Assembly: GCA_965224025.1 (NCBI GenBank)
Contig: OZ245033.1
Coordinates: 512,001 to 576,000, forward strand
Length of the DNA: 64,000 nt
Direction of reading: 5' to 3'
Source: Candidatus Multivorans sp.
GTDB taxonomy: Bacteria > Acidobacteriota > Thermoanaerobaculia > Multivoradales > Multivoraceae
Shown: one piece after another, positions 1-9,675 of the stretch
Layout: each line of letters starts with the position of its first letter
Numbering within the stretch: the first letter of the stretch is position 1
Position numbers and translations under genes: made by a program
Notes under the pieces: model-generated
What the model was told of the DNA's origin: nothing
Seen by the model: only the letters and a program-made list of their open reading frames with translations
Database searches by the model: none

Positions 1-19
1 GTGCAACTGCACTCGAGCG

Positions 20-1576
20 GTGATTCCGGCTTGGCTCCGCCCGTGCGGATCGCCCGCTCTTGTTCGGAAGGCGGCGGCTTGTTCGAGGCGCTGGATCCAA
101 GAGGCCGAGAGATCCGTTCGTTCTCTGCGCCGCTTCGCAGCCGCCCGAGCAGCCTCTCGGACCTGGCCGCAACGCGGTGAGTTGGCGGCCCTTGGGGCGC
201 GCACCGGCCATCGGAGGGCGTGGGCGCCTCTCGGCGTCGCTCTTGGCGTGTCTGCCTGGGCGCCCTTGACGCTCCTGGCTCAGGAAAGATCCTCCGGTCC
301 GATACTCGACGATCTGAGGTCGGTCGCGCTGCCGGAGCGGGTCGCCTGGGCCACCGATGTGCGCTGGTTGGAGGAGGATGTCCTGCTCCTGGGCGTGCCG
401 GAAAGCGGGATCCACTCCTGGCGCCTCGGTGAGCAAGACGCCGAGCTGGAGGTCACGCTCCTTGGAACCGATCACTCCGCGCCCCGTCGTCAGGACTATG
501 GACGCTTCGGGGGGGTGCCCGCGGGCGGCGTCGCCTTCGGCAACGGTCTGTTCGGTGTCTACCTGCAGGAGCCGAGCGGCATCCGACTGCTCAAGGATGT
601 CGAGCTGGTGGGCGACATCGACCGTCGCGGCGCTCTGACCGCGGCGGTCGGCCTCGCCAGAACGGAGGACAGGAACTGGGAGCACCACGTCGCCTGGCTG
701 TTCGAGGGAACGGCTGTACTGCCGCTCGTGCCGACGCGAGACGAGGGTCTGGCCTTCGCCCGGTCCTTCAGCGTGGACCTCTCGGTGATCCGGTTCATCA
801 CTGACGATCGCGTGCTGGTGGTTCCCGGCGCCGAACCTGGGGTTTTCGTCTACGACGGCAACGGTGTGCTCCTGGAGAGTCTGCTGTCCGAGACGTTCTC
901 GGCCGATGCGATCGGCGAGATCGGAGAAGCGGAGGGGTTGCTGATGACGGGGCGCTCCCCCTGTCGGGTCGCCTGGCTCAACCGCTGGCGGGTGATCGAT
1001 GAGGTCGCCGTGGACGGCGCCGGCGGCATCTACTTCTTCGTTCGCAGCTTCTCTGCCGAGACTTCCGGCGTGAGCGGGCCGGCCGCCGCCTCGTCGCGAC
1101 CGACGGCCGTGATCGACGAAGCCGCGAGAACCCGGGCCGTGGCGGCGGATCTGATCCAGCGGGCGAAAGACGGCAAACCTGTCCAGCTTCATGTCGGCAG
1201 CCGGAAGGAAGCCGACGACTTGATCGCGGCGCTGCGTGCGTCGGGCGAACCGGTCGCGAACGAGATTGCGGCAGCCGTCATGGACATGAGGACCAGGATT
1301 GCCGCCATGGGTCCGACCGGGAGCGGAGATCCGCCGGAAGCCGGGGACTATCCGCCGGTGGGGAGGGTCTGTTGGGACCTCGTCCACACTCGCCTGGACG
1401 ACTTCGGGGCTGTAGCCCGCCGTCCCTGTGCCATCGAGTCGGAACTCGGCGACACCCGCCTGCACGCCGACATTCGCGGCGACCGGGCGGTCCTGCTCTT
1501 GAGGAGCGACTCGTTCACTCTGAAGTACGGGCGAGCTTCCAAGATACTCGTGGGCCGCATCGGGGCGCCGGAATGA
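20..1576 (+). CDS. Hypothetical exported protein, possibly beta-propeller-like; true start uncertain and probably downstream of 20
   Basis: Long ORF with a hydrophobic signal-like stretch (APLGVALGVSAWAPLTLLAQ) and beta-rich repeats; stop is 4 nt before the next ATG. Confidence 0.55.
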   Translation: MIPAWLRPCGSPALVRKAAACSRRWIQEAERSVRSLRRFAAARAASRTWPQRGELAALGARTGHRRAWAPLGVALGVSAWAPLTLLAQERSSGPILDDLRSVALPERVAWATDVRWLEEDVLLLGVPESGIHSWRLGEQDAELEVTLLGTDHSAPRRQDYGRFGGVPAGGVAFGNGLFGVYLQEPSGIRLLKDVELVGDIDRRGALTAAVGLARTEDRNWEHHVAWLFEGTAVLPLVPTRDEGLAFARSFSVDLSVIRFITDDRVLVVPGAEPGVFVYDGNGVLLESLLSETFSADAIGEIGEAEGLLMTGRSPCRVAWLNRWRVIDEVAVDGAGGIYFFVRSFSAETSGVSGPAAASSRPTAVIDEAARTRAVAADLIQRAKDGKPVQLHVGSRKEADDLIAALRASGEPVANEIAAAVMDMRTRIAAMGPTGSGDPPEAGDYPPVGRVCWDLVHTRLDDFGAVARRPCAIESELGDTRLHADIRGDRAVLLLRSDSFTLKYGRASKILVGRIGAPE

Positions 1577-1580
1577 CGCG

Positions 1581-4500
1581 ATGTCGGTCCGGCTGATCGT
1601 TCCCTCGGTCATCGCCCTGGCGTGGCCTGCGTTGGCGCTGGCTCAAGGGGAGCAGGCGATGCGGTTCGTCTGCCTCGGCGCAGACTACCGCCCTGTTTCT
1701 TCGGAACCTCTGCTTGTCGCATCGCCTCGGCAGGCGTGGGCACAACTGGAGCAACTCGCGGAGAAGGCGCCTCTTGCTCACTGCTGGTCGTGGAACCGTG
1801 ACTGCGCGGTCGCCCGCGTCCTGCCCGGAGAGGACCCCGCTGGCGGCTGCCAGGTGGATCGCCGCTTGCGGCTTCGGGTCGTGTCGCCCCAGGCGCGCGG
1901 GGAATTGGCGGGTCCTCCCGGAAGTGTGAACGTCACGGCGGCGCCGGTTGACATGTGGCGGGAAGTGCCGCTCAGCCTGCTGCCGACGGCGGCTTCGGAT
2001 CCCTCGGGGTTGGCCGTGATGCCTCGGAGCGAGGGGCCATGGCGCGTCCATGCCCGCGTGGGAGAGAAGCTCTCGGCGTGGCGGGAAGTGCTGCCTGAGC
2101 AAGACGCGGTCGAGTTGGTCCTGCAGCCCTCGTTCGGCCTTGCCGTTCAGGTCACCGCGGACCATGCACCCCTGGCGCGGGCGCGACTGTCTCTCGTGCG
2201 GCCGGCCAGGGGGCTTTACCGTCCGGAGGAGCTCCTCGTCTTCGAGCGGGTGGACGACGCCGGCCGGGTCGCGTTGACGGTACCCGAGCAGGATCGCTCA
2301 ATGGTCGTCGTGGCAGGAATGGAACGGCTCGGGGCCGCGTTCCGCGGACCCCGCGAGGTGCCGGCCACGGTGGAACTCGACGCGGGTTTCGTCGTTCGTG
2401 GGCGCGCTGTGAACGACGGCGGCGAACCCGTGGCCGCCGCTCGTGTTGTCGGCTCTTCCTGGATTCCAGGCAATGCGAGGCTGCTGCAGCGCCACGAAGG
2501 GGAGTCGGGCCCCGACGGGCGGTTCCGCTTGTCCGGGTACTCGGCGGGCGCCGCGTCGCTGCAAGCGGAGCGCGGCGAACTGCGCTTCTCGCGGGTGCTC
2601 GACCTGGAAGGCTCCGTGGATCTGGGTCAAGTGATGCTGACGGAACCGAAGTTGCTGTGGATCCGGATTGTCGACAGTCTTCGGCAGTTGCCGATCGGTC
2701 AGGCGAAGGTCCGATCCGAAGACAGCGAGTGGAAGTCGGTCGACGCGGACGGCCTCGTGCGTCTGCCCCTGCTTCAGGGGAGGGAGATCTTTGCCGAAGC
2801 CAAGGGCTATCACCACGAACAGTTGACGTTGCCCAGGGACGTCGGCGTCACAGCGGAGGAACCTTTCGTGGTGGCGCTGGTGCCGGTCCTCCTCGTGGAG
2901 GGCCGGTTCTTAGCGGCGGATGGGCGAACGCCGGCCGTCGGGGGACGGGTCACAGCGCTGCGGGACGTGGACGGCGGCGGGGGCACTGCGTTCGGCCAGA
3001 TGAACCCGGACGGCGCCTTCTCGGTTGAATTGGGAGCGGGATCCTGGGAACTCCAGCTCTCGTCCGGGAACGCCGGGACGCTCCGGCTTGACGTGGCGGG
3101 ATCGGCAGGGGAGACGCTGGACCTCGGAGACTTGACGGCACCCGCGTCAGCCTGGGTGTCCGGTTTCGTCGTGGACCCGGAGTACCGGCCGTTGTCGCGG
3201 GCGGTCGTTTCGCATACGCCGCCGTATGCTTCCGGTCCGCTGATGGCGTGGGCCCTGGGCCAGACGGACTCCGTCGAAACGAACGACGAGGGGTACTTCG
3301 AGTTGTTCGGTCTGGCGGCGGGGGTGTCGACTCTTCGGGTCGAGGCGGAGGGACTCGCACCGCTCGAGTTCGACGTCAGGGCCGAAGAGATGGAGCGGCT
3401 CGACGCCGGCACGGTTGAGATGTCGCGAGGCCGACGCGTCACGGTGCGGTCGGACGTGGAGGGCGGCGTGATCGTGATCGACACCGGAGGCCTGGGCCAT
3501 CCGCGGGATCGGATGACGGCCGAACTGATCGAACGCCGAGCGGTGGTCGATACCGTCCCCGACGGGTCCTTTCGCCTGACGGTCCTCGCCGACGGCGTTC
3601 CGGTTTGTGAGCGGGACGAGGGAAGCGAGACGGGCGATGTGGACGTGCGTTGCGACCGGAGCACGACGATCGTGTCGGGCAGGGTCGCGATGGGAGGTCG
3701 TCCCGGAGACGGCATTCTGCTGTGGCGACAGAAGGGACGCGCCGAGCTGCCGGAGGGCGTGATCAAGACGGTTGGCGGTTTGCCCAGGATCCGGCCGATC
3801 ACGAACCGGCCGCGGGAACGGGACGCCACCCTGGACGTGGAGGGCCGCTACCTGATGGACGATGTGCTTCCGGGCGCCTGGGAAGTGATCTGGATGCCTC
3901 CGGAGGGCGGAATGCAGGAAGTTCGCGAAGTGACGGTGCCTGACGGTTCCGGCGAGGAGTTCGTCCTGAACCTCGACTACAGCGGTGCATCGATCGAGGG
4001 AGTCGTAGCGGGCGCGGCGGGCGAGTCAGCGGCCCACGCAACGATAGACATCTTCCCCGGTCGTCGAGCCGTCGTGGCGGATGCCAACGGTCGCTTCCAG
4101 GTTCTGGGGCTCTCGCCCGGCGCCTATCAGTTGCGGGCGCGGTTGCGTCATCAACGGTCCGCACTTGTCGACGTTCGGTTGCGGGATGTTGCGGACCGCA
4201 AGTCGGTGCAACTGACGTTGACGGACGAGCCGCCGAACGAGGAACTCGTGATCCGCATGGACGGCGGCGACTCGGGCTTCTGCTTCGTGGAGACGGATAC
4301 GGGCGTGTCGCAGATCGTCCGCGTCGACGCGGCGACAGCCAGGCGGAAGCTCTCGCCGCCTCTCGCCGAGCGGGCGCGGATCGCCTGCCGAACGGATGGA
4401 CGGTACGTCCTCACCGGCTGGCGGAATCTCAGGCAGGCGCTGGATCAGGGGGTCGATCTCGACGCACGGGAATCGGAGTCCACGATCGTGCTCGTTGGCG

Positions 4501-4709
4501 ACGCGCCGGGCGCCATGGTGGAAATCACCGGTCCGGGCGGCTGGAACCTGGGTGCGCTGCGCATCTGGTTCGGCGGCGCGCGGACATTCCGGGTCGGAGA
4601 GTCGATCCCGAATCTCCCGGAGGGGACCTACACCGTGCGCTGGAACGAACAGGCGGCTACGGTGCGCACGGAGCGGCGGCGCGTTGCCGAGGTCGAGATC
4701 GTGGATTGA
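1581..4709 (+). CDS. Large secreted protein with repeated carboxypeptidase-regulatory-like (beta-sandwich) domains
   Basis: Signal peptide MSVRLIVPSVIALAWPALALAQ; repeated motifs VRGRAVNDGGEPVAAARV, SGPDGRFRLSG, TNDEGYFELFGL, ADANGRFQVLGLSPGAYQL. Confidence 0.7.
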   Translation: MSVRLIVPSVIALAWPALALAQGEQAMRFVCLGADYRPVSSEPLLVASPRQAWAQLEQLAEKAPLAHCWSWNRDCAVARVLPGEDPAGGCQVDRRLRLRVVSPQARGELAGPPGSVNVTAAPVDMWREVPLSLLPTAASDPSGLAVMPRSEGPWRVHARVGEKLSAWREVLPEQDAVELVLQPSFGLAVQVTADHAPLARARLSLVRPARGLYRPEELLVFERVDDAGRVALTVPEQDRSMVVVAGMERLGAAFRGPREVPATVELDAGFVVRGRAVNDGGEPVAAARVVGSSWIPGNARLLQRHEGESGPDGRFRLSGYSAGAASLQAERGELRFSRVLDLEGSVDLGQVMLTEPKLLWIRIVDSLRQLPIGQAKVRSEDSEWKSVDADGLVRLPLLQGREIFAEAKGYHHEQLTLPRDVGVTAEEPFVVALVPVLLVEGRFLAADGRTPAVGGRVTALRDVDGGGGTAFGQMNPDGAFSVELGAGSWELQLSSGNAGTLRLDVAGSAGETLDLGDLTAPASAWVSGFVVDPEYRPLSRAVVSHTPPYASGPLMAWALGQTDSVETNDEGYFELFGLAAGVSTLRVEAEGLAPLEFDVRAEEMERLDAGTVEMSRGRRVTVRSDVEGGVIVIDTGGLGHPRDRMTAELIERRAVVDTVPDGSFRLTVLADGVPVCERDEGSETGDVDVRCDRSTTIVSGRVAMGGRPGDGILLWRQKGRAELPEGVIKTVGGLPRIRPITNRPRERDATLDVEGRYLMDDVLPGAWEVIWMPPEGGMQEVREVTVPDGSGEEFVLNLDYSGASIEGVVAGAAGESAAHATIDIFPGRRAVVADANGRFQVLGLSPGAYQLRARLRHQRSALVDVRLRDVADRKSVQLTLTDEPPNEELVIRMDGGDSGFCFVETDTGVSQIVRVDAATARRKLSPPLAERARIACRTDGRYVLTGWRNLRQALDQGVDLDARESESTIVLVGDAPGAMVEITGPGGWNLGALRIWFGGARTFRVGESIPNLPEGTYTVRWNEQAATVRTERRRVAEVEIVD

Positions 4710-4796
4710 TCGCGGCGGTCGGGCAGGCGGCCTCGCTGCTCGAATGCAGCGCACGTTTCGCCGCGGACTGTTGGTGGATCGAGCGTTGACGGCTGC

Positions 4797-6575
4797 TCAG
4801 TCGAGCGGCCAGATCAACGGAATCAGCGGCACGGAGATCACGAAGAACATGATCTTGAGCGGGGCGCCGAACTTCAGGTAATCGCTGAAGCGGTAGCCGC
4901 CGGGGCCGAAGACCATCGCGTTCGTCTGGTAGCCCATCGGGGTCAGGAAGCTGGCGGATGCGGCGAAGGCGACCGTCATCATGAAGGGCTTGGGGTCGAG
5001 GCCCATCGAGGCGGCGGCGGTGCCGGCGATCGGCACCATGAGCACCGCGGTCGAGTTGTTCGAGACGATCTCCGAGAGCAGGGCCGTCGCCAGGTAGACC
5101 AGCGCGATGACCGCCCAGGGCCCGTAGTCGGCGCCGGCGTTCGCGATCGTCTCGCCGATCATTGCCGCGAGGCCGGTCTTCTCCATCGCGATTCCCATCG
5201 GCAGGATGCCGACGAGCAGGAAGATGACGGTCCAGTTGATCGCTTCGTAGGCCTGCTGCACCGAGATGCCGCCGAAGACGATGAGCGCCACGGCGCCCAG
5301 GATCGACGCCTTCAGGATCGAGGTGACGCCGGTCGCGGCGACGACGACGACGATCGGGATGATCACCACGGCGAGCCACCAGCGCCGCGGGATGACGAGG
5401 CGCAGCTTGACGTCCTGCTGCAACGGGATGAAGTCCTCCGTCTCGTAGAGGGCTTCGATCCGGGACCGGGGGCCGAAGACGAGCAGGGTGTCCCAGTTGT
5501 GGAGAACGATGTGGGCGAGCTTCTCGCGGATCGGTTCGCCGGTGCGGTTGAGCGCCAGGACGAAGCAGCCGAAGCGGCGGCGGAAGTCCAGATCGCGGAT
5601 CGTCGAGCCGGTGAGCCGGGAGACCGGCGAGAGCTGGATCTCGGCCATGATGTTGTTCTGGTCCGAAAGTTCGCGATCGTCGACCTTGACGTCGGTCAGG
5701 AGGTGCAGGCCGTAGTGGTCGCGGAAGTTGACGATGTCCTCCATGCGCCCTTCGACTATCAGGAGGTCGCCCCCCTCGATCGGCCGGGCGCGCAGGTCGA
5801 CCGCGATCCGTTCCTCGCCGCGGAGGATCTCAAGCACCGTCAGGCGGAAACGTTCGTTGATGTGGGCGTCGAGCACGCTGCGGCCAATGAGCTGGCTTCC
5901 GTCCGGCACCTGGACCTCGGTCAGAAACGACGACAGTTGGTACTTGGCGGTGAGGTCGGAGGTGGCGGCGCGGGGCTTCAGAAAGCGCATCGGCACCAGG
6001 ACGATGTAGATGAGGCCGACGACCAGCAGGATGAGTCCGAGACCTAGAAACTCGAACATGCTGAAAGCGCCGTAGCCGCTCTCCTCCGACCTCGAGCTGA
6101 CCAGCAGGTTGGTCGAGGTGCCGATCAAGGTGCAGGTGCCGCCGATGATGGAGAGGTAGGAGAGCGGCAACAGGATCCGCGACGACGATACGTCGTAGTG
6201 CTTCGCGATCTGGATGCCGACCGGCATCAGGATCGCCAGCGCGGCGGTGTTGTTGACGAAGGCCGAGAGCACGCCGCAGACCAGGATCAGGGCGATGGCG
6301 CCCGTCCAGTGCGTGGCGCCGGACATCTGGGAGAGCTTCTGGCCGAAGCGGTCGATCAGGCCGGTATGAGCCAGTCCATAGCTGAGGATGAACATCATCA
6401 TCACCGTGATCACGGCGTCGTTGCTGAAGCCCCGGATCGCTTCCTGGGGCGTCACCAGGCCGAACAGCAGCAGCAGACCCAGGCTGGAAAGAGCGACCGC
6501 GTCGATAGGCAGCCACTCGAAGCTGAAAGCCAGGAACGTGAACGCGATGATCGCTACGAGAATCCAGATATCCAT
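4797..6575 (-). CDS. SLC13/DASS family permease with two TrkA-C (RCK_C) domains
   Basis: Many TM helices; SAFVNNTA, GGTCTLIGTSTN, SEIVSNNSTA, FLTPMGYQTN motifs; central soluble RCK-like repeats. Confidence 0.9.
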   Translation of the reverse strand: MDIWILVAIIAFTFLAFSFEWLPIDAVALSSLGLLLLFGLVTPQEAIRGFSNDAVITVMMMFILSYGLAHTGLIDRFGQKLSQMSGATHWTGAIALILVCGVLSAFVNNTAALAILMPVGIQIAKHYDVSSSRILLPLSYLSIIGGTCTLIGTSTNLLVSSRSEESGYGAFSMFEFLGLGLILLVVGLIYIVLVPMRFLKPRAATSDLTAKYQLSSFLTEVQVPDGSQLIGRSVLDAHINERFRLTVLEILRGEERIAVDLRARPIEGGDLLIVEGRMEDIVNFRDHYGLHLLTDVKVDDRELSDQNNIMAEIQLSPVSRLTGSTIRDLDFRRRFGCFVLALNRTGEPIREKLAHIVLHNWDTLLVFGPRSRIEALYETEDFIPLQQDVKLRLVIPRRWWLAVVIIPIVVVVAATGVTSILKASILGAVALIVFGGISVQQAYEAINWTVIFLLVGILPMGIAMEKTGLAAMIGETIANAGADYGPWAVIALVYLATALLSEIVSNNSTAVLMVPIAGTAAASMGLDPKPFMMTVAFAASASFLTPMGYQTNAMVFGPGGYRFSDYLKFGAPLKIMFFVISVPLIPLIWPLD

Positions 6576-6594
6576 GGGCAGCCGCCTCTAGCAG

Positions 6595-7431
6595 CTAGCC
6601 GATCGGCAGGCGGCGGTGGGAAGCCACGGGCATCGAGCGCCGCACTTCGGCGACGCGCCGCCGGTCGATTTCGGCGATCGCGATCCCCGCCGCGTCCCCG
6701 GCGTCGGCGAGGACGTGACCCCAAGGGTCAATGATCACCGAGTGGCCGTAGCTGTGACGAAGCCCGCGGTCGTCGTGTTTACCGGTCTGGGCCGCGGCCA
6801 ACACGTAGCATTGGGTCTCGATCGCGCGGGCGCGCAGCAGCGGGCGCCAGTGGTCCTTCCCCGTCATCAGGGTGAAGGCGGAGGGCACGGTCAGGATCTC
6901 CGCGCCGTCCGCGGCCAGCCGCAGGTAGAGCTCGGGGAACCGCAGGTCGTAGCAGATCGTGAGGCCGAAGCGGCCTAGGGACGTGTCGACGGTGACCGTG
7001 TCCGCGCCGGGCACGGCCGTCTTCGACTCCAGGAACCGCACCGCGTCGGAGACGTCGACGTCGAAGAGGTGGATCTTGCGGTAGGTCGCGACGATCTCGC
7101 CGTGGGGATCGAACAGGACGCTGGTGTTGTAGCAGCGGCTGCCGTCTTCCTCCGGCGAGAGCTCGTTGTAGGAGCCAAGCAGCAGGTAGATGCCCCGGTC
7201 GCGCGCCAGTGCGGCGAACCGCCCGCAGGTCCTTCCCGAGGTCGGCTCGGCCAGTTTCACCTTCTCCTTGTGCGGCCCGAGGTAGTTCGTGTTCTCCGGC
7301 GTGGTCACGAACTGCGCGCCGCGGTCCGCCGCGGTCTCGATCCAGTGCCGGGCCGTCTCCCAGTTGGCCTGCTCGTCGGACGTGGCGCCCATCTGGACGA
7401 CGGCGGCGAGGTAGGTGGATGTGTCGTGCAT
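6595..7431 (-). CDS. Carbon-nitrogen hydrolase (nitrilase superfamily, Nit/deaminated glutathione amidase-like)
   Basis: Catalytic triad motifs TPEN, YRKIHLFD, ICYDLRFPE; ARAIETQCYV; YGHSVIIDPWG. Confidence 0.9.
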   Translation of the reverse strand: MHDTSTYLAAVVQMGATSDEQANWETARHWIETAADRGAQFVTTPENTNYLGPHKEKVKLAEPTSGRTCGRFAALARDRGIYLLLGSYNELSPEEDGSRCYNTSVLFDPHGEIVATYRKIHLFDVDVSDAVRFLESKTAVPGADTVTVDTSLGRFGLTICYDLRFPELYLRLAADGAEILTVPSAFTLMTGKDHWRPLLRARAIETQCYVLAAAQTGKHDDRGLRHSYGHSVIIDPWGHVLADAGDAAGIAIAEIDRRRVAEVRRSMPVASHRRLPIG

Positions 7432-7455
7432 GGAGTTGATGTCCTCAGCTCACTG

Positions 7456-8981
7456 AGCCTAGTCCCATACGAAGATGAGCCTCAACGGCGGTTGATCGGG
7501 AGTTGAGCCGGGAGAGTGGGTCGGGCCGGTTTTCTGGTTGCTGATCGGAGCAAAGCGGAGATCAGCACCAAGGACCAACCGTAGCGCGGGGACCGCGAGG
7601 CTGCGGCCAAGTGTAGTGAGAGAGATGGATGAGCTGCTCATGCGACGGTGGCATCGCGGCGTCGGATTTCGGCGAAGAGCGCGACCAGCGCCTCGTTGAC
7701 GGTGGCCGCGGCGGCGAGGTCGTCGAGTGCCAGGGCCTCCTGGTCGAGCTGCTCGAAGGTGACGCCGGGCCGGAGGTACCGGGCAGCGCCGTCGAGCGAC
7801 TTCAGCTTGAGGTAGGGCGTGGTGACGTTGTCGAAGGGGTAGGTTTGCGGATGCGTCCCTTGGCGTTGGTCTTCTCGACGGGGAAGTGGCAGGGCCGGTG
7901 GTAGTTGAGGAAGGGAGCGAGCACGTCGCGCAGGAAGCCGTTGACGAGGGCGGCGTGTGCCGGGGGATGTGGTCGTAGCCGAGGTAGCGCCGGACCACCG
8001 AGGCATTCTTGCTTTCGACCAGGGCGTTGTCGTTGCAGCGTCTCGGGCGGGTCCTGGTGACTCCTCGACGTGCGGCTTGCGCAGCAGCGCGGCCACGCGG
8101 TGGTTGACGTACTCGGAGCCGTTGTCGGCGTGGAAGCCACAGACGACGAAGGGAAAAGCCTCGATCGACCCTTCGAGATCCGGGACCAGGAAACGCTCCG
8201 AAATGCCTTCTACGGCGGCCACAAACTCGTACTGCGTGACCTCGTCCACGAGGTTGATCTCGTACAGACCCTTCTGCCCGTCGAGGTCGCCCTGATGGAC
8301 GGAATCCACCCGCAGGAAGCCCGGGCGACCGGCGGGATGAGGCTTGCGGCGCTCTCCGATGCTCACCTGCGTCGGCCGCGTCCTGGCCACCGTCAGCCGG
8401 CGCCGTCGGTACGTCACGGACTGGCGGAGACGGTACAGATGGCTGTTGGAGAGCCCCGACAGACGCTCGAACCGAGCATCGCCGAAGACCTCGTACTGAC
8501 GCTGCATCAGGCGCCGCGTCACCGCGCCGCACAGACCGCCCAGGGTCTCGTCCACCTCCGCCAGCAAGCCGATGTCCGCTTTCGTGTAGCGCCGGGGAAA
8601 CGGGCGCTTCGGGCCTCGGCGCCGGTCTTCGATCCGCCCCGTCTCCCGGTACTGAGAGATCAACCGCGCGATCTGAGCCCGGCCGAAGCCGGTCACCTTG
8701 ACCAGGAACCGCCGCACCAGGCCCTTGTCCGACCGCGCCAGCCGCAGGTAGCGCGAACGCACCAGTACACGCCGGACAAAGTCATACGCATGAACCCGCT
8801 CCACGAAGCGGAAGTCGACCGGCTCGCTGCCGGCCATGAAGTCGCGGACCTCGTCCAGCGTCCGCAGCCTTTCGATGTCGAGTCGCAAGATCATCCTCCA
8901 ATGATCCCCAACACCCGCTCAGGCTCATCTCTCGTGGGATTGACATCCTCCCTTCAGGCTCATCTCTCATGGGACATGGCT
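7456..8981 (-). mobile_element. Insertion sequence (DDE/rve-type, ISNCY/IS481-like; exact family not assigned), copy A
   Basis: Imperfect terminal inverted repeats AGCCTAGTCCCATACGAAGATGAGCC / AGCCATGTCCCATGAGAGATGAGCC; 5-bp direct repeat CACTG at 7451-7455 and 8982-8986. Confidence 0.85.
7638..8894 (-). pseudogene. Integrase-core transposase with about three compensating single-base frameshifts (decay or sequencing error)
   Basis: LRVDSVHQGD and FHADNGSEY are in frame; NDNALVESKN and FLNYHRPC lie in other frames (~8060-7845); colinear with the intact homolog at 46273-47544. Confidence 0.8.
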
Positions 8982-9028
8982 CACTGGATCCTAGCGTTGA
9001 GGAATACGATAAGGTAGTCCGCACCCAC

Positions 9029-9060
9029 AACCGGAGGTCCTCCATAACCGGAGGTCCTCC
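9029..9060 (+). repeat. Tandem direct repeat AACCGGAGGTCCTCC x2 (17-nt period) immediately before a GTG start
   Basis: Copies at 9029-9043 and 9046-9060; each has GGAGG followed by its complement CCTCC. Confidence 0.85.
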
Positions 9061-9063
9061 TAA

Positions 9064-9459
9064 GTGAGGAAAGACAGTTGGTTTCGCGGGCCGTTTCTGA
9101 GCGTGCTCTTCTTTGCGCTGCTGATCGGTCCGATGCCGGCGCTCGGGGACTTCGTACCGCCCAACCTCGGCGAGATGGAGAGGATCATTCAGGACGCAAT
9201 CAAGGCTGCACTCCGGAATGCCGCCAGAGACGTGGGTGACACGGCGGAAAGTGTCTGCGCATCGTTGAGGAGGGAGAATCGAGTCGTTTCGGGCGTGCGC
9301 GCCGCGGTCTTCTTCATGGCCATCGCGTACATCGTCTTGGAGGAACTTGAGGAGGATCCCGACAGGAAAGCCCAGATGCGGGCCTTCCTGGCTGTCGTCG
9401 CGGCGAGCGATCTGACCTACGATGCACTAGATGATCTGTGCATTGCCATGGGGTTCTGA
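9064..9459 (+). CDS. Small hypothetical exported helical protein
   Basis: GGAGG upstream; signal peptide (FLSVLFFALLIGPMPALG); 131 aa. Confidence 0.55.
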   Translation: MRKDSWFRGPFLSVLFFALLIGPMPALGDFVPPNLGEMERIIQDAIKAALRNAARDVGDTAESVCASLRRENRVVSGVRAAVFFMAIAYIVLEELEEDPDRKAQMRAFLAVVAASDLTYDALDDLCIAMGF

Positions 9460-9465
9460 GCCGCA

Positions 9466-9669
9466 GTGCGGTTGGTTTGGTTCCGGGCGGCTTCCTCGAT
9501 CTTCCTGGTCGTACTCTTGGTGAAGTTCGTTCCTTGGAACGTGGTCACCGTGCTGACCGTTTGGGCGCCTGGCCTTCTTGTGGCCTATGGTTACTGGCCT
9601 TGGAAGCCGGGAGCGGGAAGTCCGCTCGCGCCCGCAGAGAGCCGCAGGAGACACGAGACAGAGGAGTGA
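9466..9669 (+). CDS. Small hypothetical membrane protein (two hydrophobic segments)
   Basis: 67 aa, begins 6 nt after the upstream stop. Confidence 0.4.
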   Translation: MRLVWFRAASSIFLVVLLVKFVPWNVVTVLTVWAPGLLVAYGYWPWKPGAGSPLAPAESRRRHETEE

Positions 9670-9675
9670 GCGCAG

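Noticed and set aside
7448-7455. 8-bp target duplication GCTCACTG for IS copy A
   Set aside because: The GCT on the right belongs to the inverted repeat; copy B shows a 5-bp duplication with the same end geometry
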